NCBI RefSeq assembly: GCF_018977255.1
Contig: NW_024704742.1
Coordinates: 94,924,001 to 94,988,000 of the forward strand
DNA length: 64,000 nucleotides
Origin: Callorhinchus milii
Taxonomy: Eukaryota
Direction of reading: 5' to 3'
The notes beneath the pieces are model-generated. The model saw only the letters and a program-made list of their open reading frames with translations. It searched no databases and had not been told where the DNA came from. This document shows positions 1-12,315 of this stretch, piece by piece (position 1 is the first letter of the stretch; each line of letters starts with the position of its first letter). A program made the translations under genes and the position numbers.

Positions 1-481
1 GATGGAATTTGAGTCAGCTGATTTGAGATAGGACAATAGTTAACAGGATATAATTGTCCTCGGAGCCTGATGCGGGAGAGGACATGGACTGCAGAGTTCT
101 GGATAATCTGCAGCCTGTGGAGAGAGGAGTTGGGGAGGCTGACAAGCAGGAAATTTGCGTATTCGAGTCTGTATGTGATGAATGTGTGGAGGAGCTCTCA
201 GCGGCCTGGGGTGAAAGTCAGTGGGGAGCCGGGCAATGTCACGAAGGTGGGGAAAGGCAGAGGTGGTAATGGCACAGATGTCGTGGAGGAAGGACAGTTC
301 AGGGTCGAACAGGACACTGAGGTTCCTTACTGGCTCCGTGAGGTGTAGAGTGGATCCATGAAGGGTAATGCCGTCAGCGCCCAAGGTATGGAGGCGCTGA
401 CAGGAGCCAAGCAGGAGAGCCTCGGTCTTGTTGGCATTCAACTGGAGGAAGTTTGCTCTAATCCAGCACTTGATGTCCGAC
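1..481 (-). mobile_element. L2-clade LINE ORF2 fragment (post-RT region), degenerate
   Basis: ORF 40..558 contains [24 protein letters not shown] and VRNLSVLFDPELSF; similar to the copy at 6760-9480. Confidence 0.88.
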
Positions 482-1604
482 AGGGGACAACGACAACAAC
501 AATTTGCATTTATATAGTACCCTTCACGTGGGTAGCGTCTTGGAGTGTATTGAAACAATTGAGTCCATTGTTAATAATGTATTTTTAATAATGTTTATTG
601 TCAGGCAATGAAAAGCCAATATATCCTGTCTCATTCTACCTCTAATAGAATACTGATCCTTACCTTTTTGGGGGTTTTGCTATTATAATTGATAACAGGC
701 GGTGTATCTAGCTGATTGAATTTTGTTTGAGAGAAATTACATAAACTTCTTAATAGTTGTAACAAAGGTCTCAAACACCAGCTCATGACCTATGTGTTGA
801 AAAGGATGAATACGTCTCCCAATATTCCAGTAGAAATAGTGAAACTTTTCAGTTTTCAAGTTCCATGAAAGGTGAATAACAGCTGTGTTTCTAATGTACA
901 ATACTAGTGCTAAGACTTTCCATCATCATAGCAATCCAGTAGGGTCACTGCTGCGTGGCCCCTGGAAAACATGCTGGGAATCTAAACCACTTTTTCTTCA
1001 GGAAATCACCTTTCTGTAGGAAAGCTTATGACTGCATGGCATACAGGGAATCCCTAGAAAAAATGCTTTCCATTTTGTGAGAGCTTTTACCAGTGGCCAT
1101 GCTGAGTGCTGCCGTTAGAGGGTTTTGTAGACATTTATGTCACATTTGGTTACGTGAATGTGATAAAAGTGGCATTGATACAATAGGCCATTGAACGCAT
1201 TGTGTTCATAGTTGTGTTAGCTCATCCACTTCTCATCCCAATTCCATGCTCATCCCAATTCCATGCTCTTCCCCCATATTCCTTTTGATTCTTTTATATC
1301 TTTCCTCTTCAAATGTTTATCAAATTCTCTTTTAAACATTGTTATGATACCAGCCTCAGTAGCTATTTGGAGCAAAACATTGCACATTGTCATAAATTTA
1401 CTAAAAAAAACATTCTTTTAACCTCTGCTGAGCATATGTCCATTTATTACCAAATAGCAAGACAAATCTTTCACTACTTGTCCTCTCAAAACCATTAGAA
1501 TTGGCATTCCTCTTAATGCCTAGCCCTGTTGTATAGGTTAAGACATTTTAGAGTGGTGCATTTCATAACAGCCTGATAACTTGCCAAGATCACATTAGAA
1601 TTGT

Positions 1605-1984
1605 GGAGTCCTGTAGCTCAATGGTTAGAGCACTCCCCTCGCAAGCGAGAGACCTGAGTTCAATTCCCAACAGGGCGAAATGTTGGGCAAGTTTCCTCAT
1701 TCCACTCCACACACCTCTGTTTACCTAGCAGTAAATAGGAACCTGGTTGTTTGTCGATTGGTGGATTGCTTTTCTGGGGATAATAATCCCTCAAGAAAAA
1801 CAACAATAAATAATCTGGTCACTCAATCTACGACTGTTTGTGAGACACTGCTCTGCGCAATTGGCTGCCGTGTTTTGCCCACAAGTATAGTCAATTCACT
1901 TTACAGAATATTCTGCGAAGCGCTTTAAGTCGTCTGGAAGACGTGAAAAACGCTATATCAAATGCAAGGATCATTATTATTATT
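1605..1984 (+). mobile_element. tRNA-derived SINE, long form
   Basis: A box (tagctcaatgg), B box (gagttcaattc), body shared with about 10 copies, L2-like 3' end with (ATT)n. Confidence 0.9.
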
Positions 1985-2759
1985 TAATTCCCCTCCGATT
2001 AGAGATGAGAATAAAGTGGGACTTTAAAGTTTCAGATATAAAGCAATACAATCTTACCAGAATTCAGTTAAATAATTCACAACAATAATAAACTGACAAG
2101 TGATTTATTCTATTGCGATCAACTGGCTCTAATTCAAAATGCTTTTATTTTGTGGAGGGGGAGTCTTGAGAATACCCTAATAAGTACATGACATTGAAAC
2201 TTTTACATCAAGTATTGCTTCAGGCAGTTAAATAATGAGTGTGTTGATCCATCAGGGATGGATATTTGAGATATCACAGACAGCCATTAGCTCTACTTCA
2301 TTCTAGTTACTTGCTGTTGATGTATGGTATTTGTGCCTTGCATGAATGAACCTTGGACACAGTGCTGGGAGCCAAGTGAACCAACAATTAGATCAAACCA
2401 AAGCACAGTGAATTGTTTGGCTTCTACATAAGCGCATGAGCAAGCACGGAACAAGTAAAGACTGTTCAGCACATGAAACCTGCTCTTTTACAGACCAGGT
2501 ACAACCCATTGTCTGGACATCACTGTATCCACAACTACTGCATCTAGTTAATCTCTTGACAGAAAGTTCTGTTTAAGTATTGTCTGACAGTCAAAGGGGT
2601 TTGAAACCTCCAAAGTATCTATCCATCCAACATTTCTACTATTCAAAAATGGCTGTTCTGTTCTTCCTACTTCCCTCCTTCCAACAGGAATGATTGCCTC
2701 ATGGGTCCAGTTAATCATTTTACCACAATAATCTCCCATTTAATTTCTAACCAGATTTC

Positions 2760-3080
2760 ATAAAATTATAGAATTATACAGCACAAAAGGAGGCCATTCG
2801 GCCCATCATGTCTGTGCCAGCTCTTTGAAAAGAGCTATCCAATTCAATCCCACTCCCCCGCTCTTTTTCCCATAGCCCTGCAAACGTGTCCTCCCCAAAT
2901 AATTTTCTGATTATTTTTATGAGGTTCAATTGAAGCATCAGCTTTTGCTGGAAGACTGTTCTACGTCTCCAGTATAATGTGGGAAACAGTTATTTCCTCT
3001 AACCTCTAGGTTTGCCTGAAATCTATGTTCCTTACCCTAAAGGCCTTCCAGAACATACTGCTGTTGAAAATCTATTATTT
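2760..3080 (-). mobile_element. CR1-type 3' end (related pieces ~18110-18620, ~33210-33440, ~39366-39516, ~43190-43540)
   Basis: atagaatt tail repeat and ggaggccattcggcccatc motif, shared with 39366-39516. Confidence 0.65.
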
Positions 3081-4585
3081 CCAAATCATCCATATGGCAA
3101 TCAATTGGCCTTTTAGCAACCACGCTGCCACCAGAAAACACACCAAAGTATATCCAAGAGACTTAGGTAATCAATTAAAGTTATTAAAGTTAAGTAATCA
3201 ATTAAAGAAATTCTCTTATTGTAAAGTGTAGAGATTTTGAGGATACATGTTTCTGATGTAAAAAATCCATTCTGAGGATTTACAATCTAATGGTCAAGAT
3301 TACTTTATCCATTGATTTATGTATGGTTTGTGACTGCCGGGTGCCAAGACATGCCTACAAGATTTGTGCACACCTGACTGAATAATACATGAGCAAATTT
3401 GTATAGTGCTTTGAGACGTCCTCCTGACGTGAAAGGCGCAATATGAATATGTTGTATTGGATCCGTCACTGTATATAACGATAAGATGAATTTACTGTTC
3501 TTTATTTCCTTCCTTGGCATTTTCCTTGATGTTATGGTAACCTGAGGCACTGCATCATCAGGGTTTGTCTTCAGCTTCATTATTAATATTTTCTTATTTG
3601 TTTTCATATGTAAAATACATAATTTATTTTCACACCTATTGCCTACAAGGTTTGCACAAAGGACAGACCTAACTGAATAACACATGAGCAAATGCGCTTG
3701 GTGTGTTCTATGCAATGATTCACTGGCGTATATAGACACTCAGAGGTCACACACCAAGCATGCATCAGCAGATAAGGTAAGCTTGAACACTACATTATAT
3801 CCTAAATCTTCCCTGAAATCCAAGACCAAACACCAAAAGTACAAGTGAAACATCAACATAAATAGTTTTACTCTAGAAAATCTGCGGGCCCTCATGGCAA
3901 AGATGTTGACATTCTTAAGGCTAATCTCAAATCTAATCTCTCCTGGCTCATCTATCTCATGTACCTCTATGATGTTTCACCAAGTGGAAAGCAGCAAACA
4001 TTGTGTCAAGCCCAAAGGGAAAATCCAAATTGAACTTGGCACTTTCTACCAAATTGAGGAGTCATTGAAAAATTATGTGAGCTTTTCAAACTTGATCCAT
4101 TATTTCCTCAGAGAATCCCCAAAATGTCTGATTTCTGGGTTATCAATATCACTTGGTGGGTGCTGTACATGTGCACAAAGTGCAGGGATGCTGTATTCTG
4201 GAAGAGGAAACAGTGACTTGACTCAGCAGTGACCTGACTGACAATCTAGAAGTCGGTCATTTTTTCATTTGAGAAGCCAATGAATCAGCCTGAGTCCATG
4301 GTAGTTTTTTTAAAAAAAAATGAAATAAAACCGACATATAAGTATTTATAATTCTAGTTGTGTAAGAATAACTTTGCATTAAGGTGTTCTCAAGGCTAAT
4401 CTTTTAGTTGGTTTTGTTGAACGCACAACCAACTAAAAGATGAATTGAATTTTACTGTCCATAATTACTTCAGGTTTGGGTGCTCATACCTTTTAAAGTG
4501 AATTTTGGAACCATTTGGGCTGTTGGCATAAATTAACTCAGTGTTTACCATTAACTTGTATGAAGATGTTTAAAGATGTACTCAC

Positions 4586-4774
4586 AAGTGTCAGATTTGA
4601 GCATGGTGATCGAATTCCTGAAGTACTGTGGGTTCTCGATGACAGGAATCTTGGTCATTCCGATGATAACAGCATCTGGACCACCTTCTGACGAGGACGG
4701 GGTGTTGCTGCCGTTAGTTACGTGATGCAAAGGACTGGCGGAGTCATCATCAGTGCTGATAACTGAGGAAGGTC
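4586..4774 (-). CDS. NTRK2: TrkB-type intracellular juxtamembrane exon with Shc/FRS2 NPQY site (189 nt)
   Basis: tag acceptor, gtgagt donor, phase 1-1. [63 protein letters not shown], near-identical to TrkB. Confidence 0.97.
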
Positions 4775-4919
4775 CTAAAACAGATTAACATCCATTAAAA
4801 CGTCATGTGCATACACATGCATGTCATTGAAATGTCTCACCCCAACCACATGAATATTTCTTGATGTAGACGTTTTGCCTTCCAAAATAAAATTGATAGT
4901 CATTACACTTCACATCCAC

Positions 4920-5800
4920 CTGACATGAAAGGCACTGTTTGCTCTTCCAACGTACATCACTTTATATTTATCCACATTAAAATTCGCCTGTCACTCCTTA
5001 ACCGATTCACTTAATTTAGTCCATTGAATCGTGCATTGAATGTAATCAATCTCCATCATACCCGTAAAGGGCCATATTGCTTGGTATCATCAGCAAATGT
5101 TATGCCACTAGAGGTAATCTGCTTCATATCATTTATGAATAGCGTGAACAGCAGCAGGGCACTCAGAACCGATCCAAATGGAACTCTGCTGGCCATTTCT
5201 CCACCGCGCAGATATTTTCTCGCTTATTTTGCTTTGTGTTATTTCAATGCCTTCTGTCCCACAAAGAGTCATGAAGTGGGTGACAAATTTTTACTTGGCA
5301 GATTGTTGGCCACAGCACAGGGAGAAACTCCTTTCCCTTTTTGAATAGTACCATGGGAGGTAGCCAAAATGCTCTTAATTCTATAATCTATGACCGTTTT
5401 CTTCATAATTTCTCAAATTATTTTCAAATGTAATTTTGTTGTTGTTATTGATGTTGTTATTTATGAAAATTCAGGTAAATACTCTAACAGGCATTGTGTT
5501 GCCCTCATCCTTTAGTTTTGTTACTTCCTCAAAGAATTGCAGTATTGTAAAATGCCACTTATTGCTTAATATTTGTTGACGATTCCTTATAAGTTAACCA
5601 TGTGCTCTTTAGATGCGGAGTGACAATAATTTTCATTACTCCTCTCCACATTTCTCCATTATAGATGGGTGACAAGTTGACCTAAATCCAAATTTCCATC
5701 TGTCAGTCTTTATTATCTGGATACCATTTGCTTTCATTCAGTTCTCAATACAGCCTTCATATTCAGCCGGGTCCTCGGTACTCCAGGGCACCACTGATGG
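4920..5800 (-). mobile_element. Degenerate CR1-clade LINE RT fragment
   Basis: Reverse strand shows residual RT motifs (GSVLS..LFTLFINDM, TFADDTK) around 5080-5190; boundaries approximate. Confidence 0.6.
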
Positions 5801-6759
5801 AAGACCAGCCAGCGTAGCTCATCGTAAGGACTTAGAGTTGCAAAGCAATCAATGGGGGGCAGGGATTCTTCCCCTCAGTTAACCTGCAAGCCATTGCTCT
5901 AACTGATAGGGTGGTCCTAAACTGGACAAGAGACAGGAAACTTGTCAGGCAGTGTTTGCAATTGCAACCATGTGTTTTTTTTTAGCTGTATTCATGTAGC
6001 TTGTAAAATATTAATCCGGGACTCTATTTTAAACTGTTAGTTACATTATAAATGTGTCAAGCAATAGTAGATCATCTAAGCTGTCAAATGCTTACCTTGC
6101 TTAACAAAACTTTGGTTCACTTGTGTTTAAGAACTAACAATACAATGTGAACACATAACTAAATTGTATGATGTTGATATTTTCAAGTGGATCTTGTGGA
6201 TTAGGCAATTCCTAAACAGTACTTCTTTTAGGTCACTGAGTGTCTTAGGGGCCACTGCTGAACTGGGCTTTTGTGGCACTATTTGGAACACGATCAAATT
6301 CAGACTCACTGTAAATCACAGAAAAGTAAGCCTGTTTGTATTGGTATCAACCTGCTCGACAGTCATGGGACAAGTAGATCTCTCATCTGCAACAGTCTGA
6401 TGGCTATATGGATAAAAGCCAACCACAACTTCATTGTCGACTCAAACTCCAATTGTACAAATGGCCGAATTTGTGGCCTTCTGCAGCCACAGTCTGAATC
6501 AACCTGACCTCTGATCCCTGCTCATCCCTGTGCCTCAAACCCAGACCAAACAGCTACTACTTTTCCTTTTTGTATTCATTCTATTCACAGCATTGTTTAT
6601 ATTTCAGTACTTCGTTGCTTTGATTCATAAGATGGAGAAATCATATTTTTCTAACTGGAAACCTATTTAAAATTTAATGAGCCACAACAAAGTAAAAATG
6701 TTTGTGTGTGTATGTGTATGTCTGAGCAGAGGGGGAAGGAATCATTGGAGCAACAAAAT

Positions 6760-9480
6760 ACAACAACAACAAAATTATATTTGTATAGCGCCTTTCACGT
6801 CGGGAGGACATCCCAAGGTGCTGGACAGACAGAGTTACGGACCCAAGCTGAGGGGAGGTGGGAGGGTAGGGGGTAAGTAGGGAGATTGAAAGCACGGTCG
6901 AAGAGGAGGGTCTTGAGGTGGGTCATGAAGGTGGAGAGGGAGAGGGCCAGATGGAGGGACTGCGGGATAAAGTTCAAGAGGGTGGGTGCAGGGTGGCAGA
7001 AGGCCCGCCCACCGATAGTGGGGCAAGCAAGGAGGGGGACGTGAAGCAGGCTGGAGCCCACTGAGCAGAGGGAGCGAACGGGGTGGTAGACGGTTAGGAG
7101 GTTGGAGAGGTAGGGAGGAGCAAGATCATGGATGGCTTTGAAGATGAGGACCAGAATCTTGAACTGCATCCTCTGGGTGATGGGAAGCCAGTGGAGTTGG
7201 GCAAGGATGGGGGTGATAGGGTCACGGAGACTAGTGCGGGAGAGGACATGGGCTGCAGAGTTCTGGTTGATCTGCAGCCTGTGAAGGGAGGAGTTGGGGA
7301 GGTCGACAAGCAGGGAGTTTGCATAGTCGAGCCTTGATGCAATGAAGGCATGTATGAGGGTTTCAATAGCTTGCGGTGTGAGACAGCGTCGGAGCCGGGC
7401 AACGTTGCGGAGGTGGGGGAAAGCAGAACGGATCATGGCGCAGATGTGGGGTAGAAAGGATAGTTGAGGATCAAACAAGACTGCAAGGTTCTGGACTGGC
7501 TTAGCAACTATGGATGGTGATGCTGTCAGCGCCTGAGGAGAGGAGGTGCTGACGGGAGCCAATCGAGAGAGCCTCAGTCTTGTTGATGTTCAACTGAAGA
7601 AAGTTAGCTCTCATCCAAGATTTGAAGTCTGACAGACATGCTAACATGTGGAAATTGACCCCATGTCTGCGGATGATGTCACCAAGAGGGAGCATATAGA
7701 TGATGAAGAGGAGGGGACCAAGGACAGAGCCCGGAGGAACGCCACACGAAAGAATCCGGGGGCTAGAGGAGAAGCCTTTTGAGGAGATGAAGTGCAGGCG
7801 GAGGAGATGTACGATCTGAAACAATCAAGGTGGTTGAGGTTAGAGGAGAGGCTGTGAATGAGGATAGAATGGTCGAGTGGTCAATAGAGGTGTCGAAAAC
7901 GGCAGAAAGATCAAGGAGAAAGGGGGAACCCTGGTCATAGATGGACAGAATGTCATTTGTCACTTTGACCAGGGCTGTTTCTGTGCTGTGGGCGGCATGG
8001 AAACCTGATTGGAGGGGTTCGAGAAGGGAGTGGGGGGAGAGGAAGGAGCGAAGCTGAGAAGCAACAAATCGTTCCAGGTCCTTGGAGAGGAAGGGGAGGT
8101 TGGACATGGGGCGGTAGTTAGGGAGTAGAGAAGGGTCCAGGGAGAGTTTTTTTAATAATACTAATGATGACAGCATTTTTTAAAGGGGTGGGAACAGTAC
8201 CAGAGGACAGGGAGAGGTTAACAATGTCAGTGAGTAGAGGGGCAAAGAGGTGGAGCTGGGAAGTAAGGAGGGGGTTAGGGATGGGGTCGAGGGAGCAGGT
8301 GGTGGGTTTCATACGGGTTATGGTGGTGATGAGAGAGGAGAAGGAGACAGGTTCAAAGGTGTGGAGGGAGGGGTGGGTAGTGGCTGGGGTGGGAGGAGGA
8401 GATGGAGAGGGAGTAGCAGTTGCAATGGCAGAGGTAGTTGAGTGGATTCCCTCGACTTTGGATTTGAGGAAGTTCAGCACTGCCTCGCAGTTGGCATTTG
8501 AGATGAGGATGGGTGAGGCATGAGAGGGTGGGCAGAGGAGTTGGTTCATGATGGAGAAGAGGAGCCTGGGGTTGTCCTTAGCCTCCAAGATTGTCTTGGA
8601 GTGGAACAATGATTTAGCGGAGGCGAGGGCGGAATGGTAGGATTTGACATGGTCCAGCCAAATCTGCCGGTGGACAGTTAGGTTTGATTTAAGCCAGGTA
8701 TGCTCAGCGGAACGTGCTTGGGCTTTAAGGGAGCGGAGGTGGCTGGTGTACCAAGGTGATTTTGGTGATTAGGAGATGGTTCGGAAGAGAGAGGAGCGAG
8801 GGATCGAGAGTGGAGGAGAGGGAGCTGTGGAGAAGCGTGACCGGGGAGGATAGGTCATTACGGGAGGTCGCCCAGAGGGGAAAGAGTGCAGATGACTCTA
8901 AGGCAGCCGAGAGGGAGGGAATGGAGATTTTTTCCAGGGGCGTATGAGATGGAGGTGAGTTGGGTGGTGGTGGGGAGAGGGATTGAGGAGTTAAGGGGTT
9001 GAAATGATGTTCCAAAATCACTTTGTCGATGATGGTGAGGTCCGAGATAGTGAGACCCCAAGTGATCACCAGGTCGAGGGGGTGACCGTGGACGTGGGTG
9101 GTGGAGTGGATGTGGAGGGAGACATTGAGGGAGGAGATAAGGGAGGAAAAGTCAGCAGAGGTAGAGCAGGAGGGGGTGAAGTGAAGGCTGAAATCATCAA
9201 GAATGAGGAGGCGTTCAGAGCAAAGGGAGAGGGAAGATAGGAGAGTGGAGATGTCAGGGATGAAGATAAGGGAGGGCTTGGGGGGGCGGTAGAGAAGGAG
9301 CATTTTGAGGGAAAGGTTGGAGGGGAGATAGAGGGTAAGGTGTTCAAAGGAGGGGAAGGTTCCAGAGGAGTAAGGGGATAGGCTGAGCGGGGACCGGGAG
9401 ATGAGAGCCACCCCACCACGGCGGTTAGGTCGAAGGGTATGATGGAAAGTGTAGCCAGGTGGTGTGGCCTCAGTCAGGGG
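6760..9480 (-). mobile_element. 5'-truncated L2-clade LINE (partial APE endonuclease + RT + 3' tail), frameshifted
   Basis: Endonuclease motifs (LLYRPPK, HGHPLDLV), RT motifs ([37 protein letters not shown]) and a (TTG)n tail near 6760. The YADD segment is deleted. Confidence 0.93.
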
Positions 9481-10458
9481 ACATTTGTTTTAGAATAAAA
9501 GATGAATCAGGTTTCAGAGATCATTCCAAAGTTGCATGGCAAGACATTCACTGCAAAGAGCTGATTTCAAAGAACTTAGTGCCATTTAGCAGAAAGCAAT
9601 TTCTAAAATGCATTTATAATATGGTTTACTGAAAATGTATTACCCTCACTTTCAGGAATCTCCTGACATAAATCAAACACTCATTTCTAAAAGAGTGTGT
9701 AAGTACTGTGTCACTCAGATTAAATGGGGTCATTTAAATTGTTCATCAAAATCAGAATGAACAAGATTGAAAGAATGAACGAGATTGTTTATCATCGCCC
9801 AGCATCGATTTTCTTTTCCCAAATCCGCCTATTTCTTTTACCCAGAATATTTTAGCTTTCCAAAATAAAAGATTCAGTGGCATTTTCCTAGTCTTAAAAT
9901 AACCAGAATAAAACTGGTCAGAAGCTGTTACTTAGCCTAGGTTCATCTTTTTGGTGATAAATACATGGGGATTCCAGGAACAACCAAGACATCCTGTTAT
10001 AGTTTATTAACTATTACAGAAAAATAATAACCATTGAATTTACAATGAACTTTAATGTAATGGATGTTTTGTGAACTCTAAAGTTGGACTTTGTCATAAT
10101 TTTATTTAGCAATCGTTCTGAAGTGGACCTTCGGTGGTCAATATCCCTTTAAGAAGTTGCTGGTGAGACATTAATTATTAGAACAGATTCAGAAGTTAAG
10201 TCAAAAGCACAAGCTAAATCCCTCCTGAATACACCTAAACTGCTCCATTTACGACGTGAATAATGTGCACTATCGTAAATCCTAGCAAATTAAAAAGTGC
10301 ATAAGGAATGCCTGGCGGCGATCACAGGGCAGTAATCTGATCCAGGGGTCCAGATGATGTCATAAAGCTCATACCATTATGACTATTTAAGTCACCAAAT
10401 AACATTACTGTCTTGAAATCACATTTTTTAAAAAAAGACCAAGCCAAAAGGTGCTTAA

Positions 10459-10818
10459 GACAGCCAGTAGATTCATTGCTAGTAGATAGGACATCCAGTG
10501 GCATCAAATACGACAGCCAGTGCATTCAGTACTATGAATAGGACAGCCAGTGCATTCGGTACTACCAATAGGATCACCAGTGCATTCAATGGCATCAAAT
10601 ACGACAGCCAGTGCTTTCAGTACTATCAATAGGACAGCCAATGCATTCAGTGGCATCAAATACAACAGCCAGTGCATTCAGTACTATGAATAGGGCAGCC
10701 AGTGCATTCAATACTATCAATAAGACAGCCAGTGCATTCAGTGGGCAGCCAGTGCATTCAGTGGGCAGCCAGTGCATTCAGTGGGCAGCCAGTGCATTCA
10801 GTGGTATCAAATAGGACA
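10459..10818. repeat. Minisatellite, ~30-bp unit (gacagccagtgcattcagtactatcaatag) with a 20-bp sub-array
   Basis: About 12 visible cagccagtgcattca-type cores; degenerate units continue to about 11100. Confidence 0.92.
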
Positions 10819-10919
10819 ATAACAACAGAATTGTCAAGGCACTGCACAGTTAAGGGTTTGCACCCGAGATTGGGGTTGGAATCACAGAAGTATCAGAGAG
10901 GATATCCAGTGGGATTCAA

Positions 10920-11025
10920 TGGGTTCTGACGAAGAGTCATGGACCCGTAACGTTGACTCACTTTTCTTTCTCCATAGATGCCTGACCTGCTCAGTGTTCC
11001 CAGCGACTTCTGTTTTTATTTCAGG
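10920..11025 (+). mobile_element. Penelope-like element pLTR fragment
   Basis: ctgacgaagagtcatggacccgtaacgtt...gacctgctcagtgttcccagc...ttctgtttttatttcag resembles chondrichthyan Penelope repeats (from memory). Confidence 0.6.
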
Positions 11026-12315
11026 ATATCAAGTGGATTTAGTGCTATCAAATAGGGCAACATTTAGTGGTAACCGAGAGGACATCCAGGGCATTCAGTG
11101 CTGGTGGATTGTAATGACATTAATGGAAGCATTAACAACTGATCGCTCAAAATTTATCAATCAGCAATCAAGAAATAATTGGGCTATTTGATATAATTTA
11201 TTGTTACTGTACATCTCTAAGTCTAAGAAGGCAACCAGTACCTCTCCTGACAGTTATCACACATCAGTTTGTGAGGGTGGATGCACGCCCCTCCCACACG
11301 AGGGGAGGACTACACATCAGTGACGTGCAGTCACCCTCACAGATAGAATTAGAGACTCACTAAATAGGGTGAGTATAGAGATTATTAAAAAAATAACAAA
11401 TAGTGTGCAGTAAGTTTCAGGTTGGCGTAATCGACGGTTCAGGGGAGAATTCTAAACTCATGCTTCACTGCTGTTGTTAACAATGTCATCTGAACTCACT
11501 GAATCTATCACCTGACAGTCTCCACAAAGGGATTTCTCAATGCAAAGAAGTAAGGAGAAAACTGTTGGTGCTGGCAAACAGCCACAATCTGACAGGAGTT
11601 AACTATTCTGTGTTACAACATTAGTTTTAGCTTTCCGCAGGTAAATTCATTAACTAGTTGAAACTTAGTTATACAAACAATGAAGATTCAAGTGTTGGTC
11701 CCTGGTCTGTGGTAAATTAGATGATCTCAGCAACAGAGATGCCACAATTGGCCTCTGCATGACTTGGGACAAATTCACATTCACTTGACTGCCATTTTTT
11801 GTGAATCACTTTGAGGTGTCATTTTTTTTCTTTTTCTTAAATCTAAACATTATTCACGTGTAAACTTTGGCAGTGAATGGCAGCACGCCACTCAGCTGTA
11901 GAAGGCATTGCATCTCAGCCTGACCTTCTCCCCAACTGGTGGTCACACATGCACACAACTAAGAAAAGGGACCAGGAACAGAAACTGGCTAGATTTTTCC
12001 TCACTGAACCTGCAACTTTACGATGCCACCCCATTGAAACTATCAGCACAGATCAGTTAGAACCAAATAGCTCCTGGTGCCTAAATTGCAGCTCTATCCT
12101 TCATGCTATCGGAACTGACCACTTGTTTCAATATTATCGTTATTATATCAAAAGTAAGAATGATTTATTATTATTGTCATGCTCAGCTGTGATGCTTTCC
12201 ATAGTTGCCTAGTCTGTTGACACTATCTGCACTCATACATAAGGAATGACAACTTGGGCAAAATATCAAAAGTTGGTTAGGTCTTATGGAACTGTACCCA
12301 GCATTAGTAAGGTGT

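Noticed and set aside
6795..9411. Long ORFs (255, 228, 163, 137 aa)
   Set aside because: Frameshifted pieces of L2 ORF2 with the YADD catalytic segment deleted; not host genes.
10459..10818. Regularly spaced ~30-bp repeats, superficially CRISPR-like, with repetitive ORFs
   Set aside because: No unique spacers, no cas genes, vertebrate intron; it is a minisatellite.
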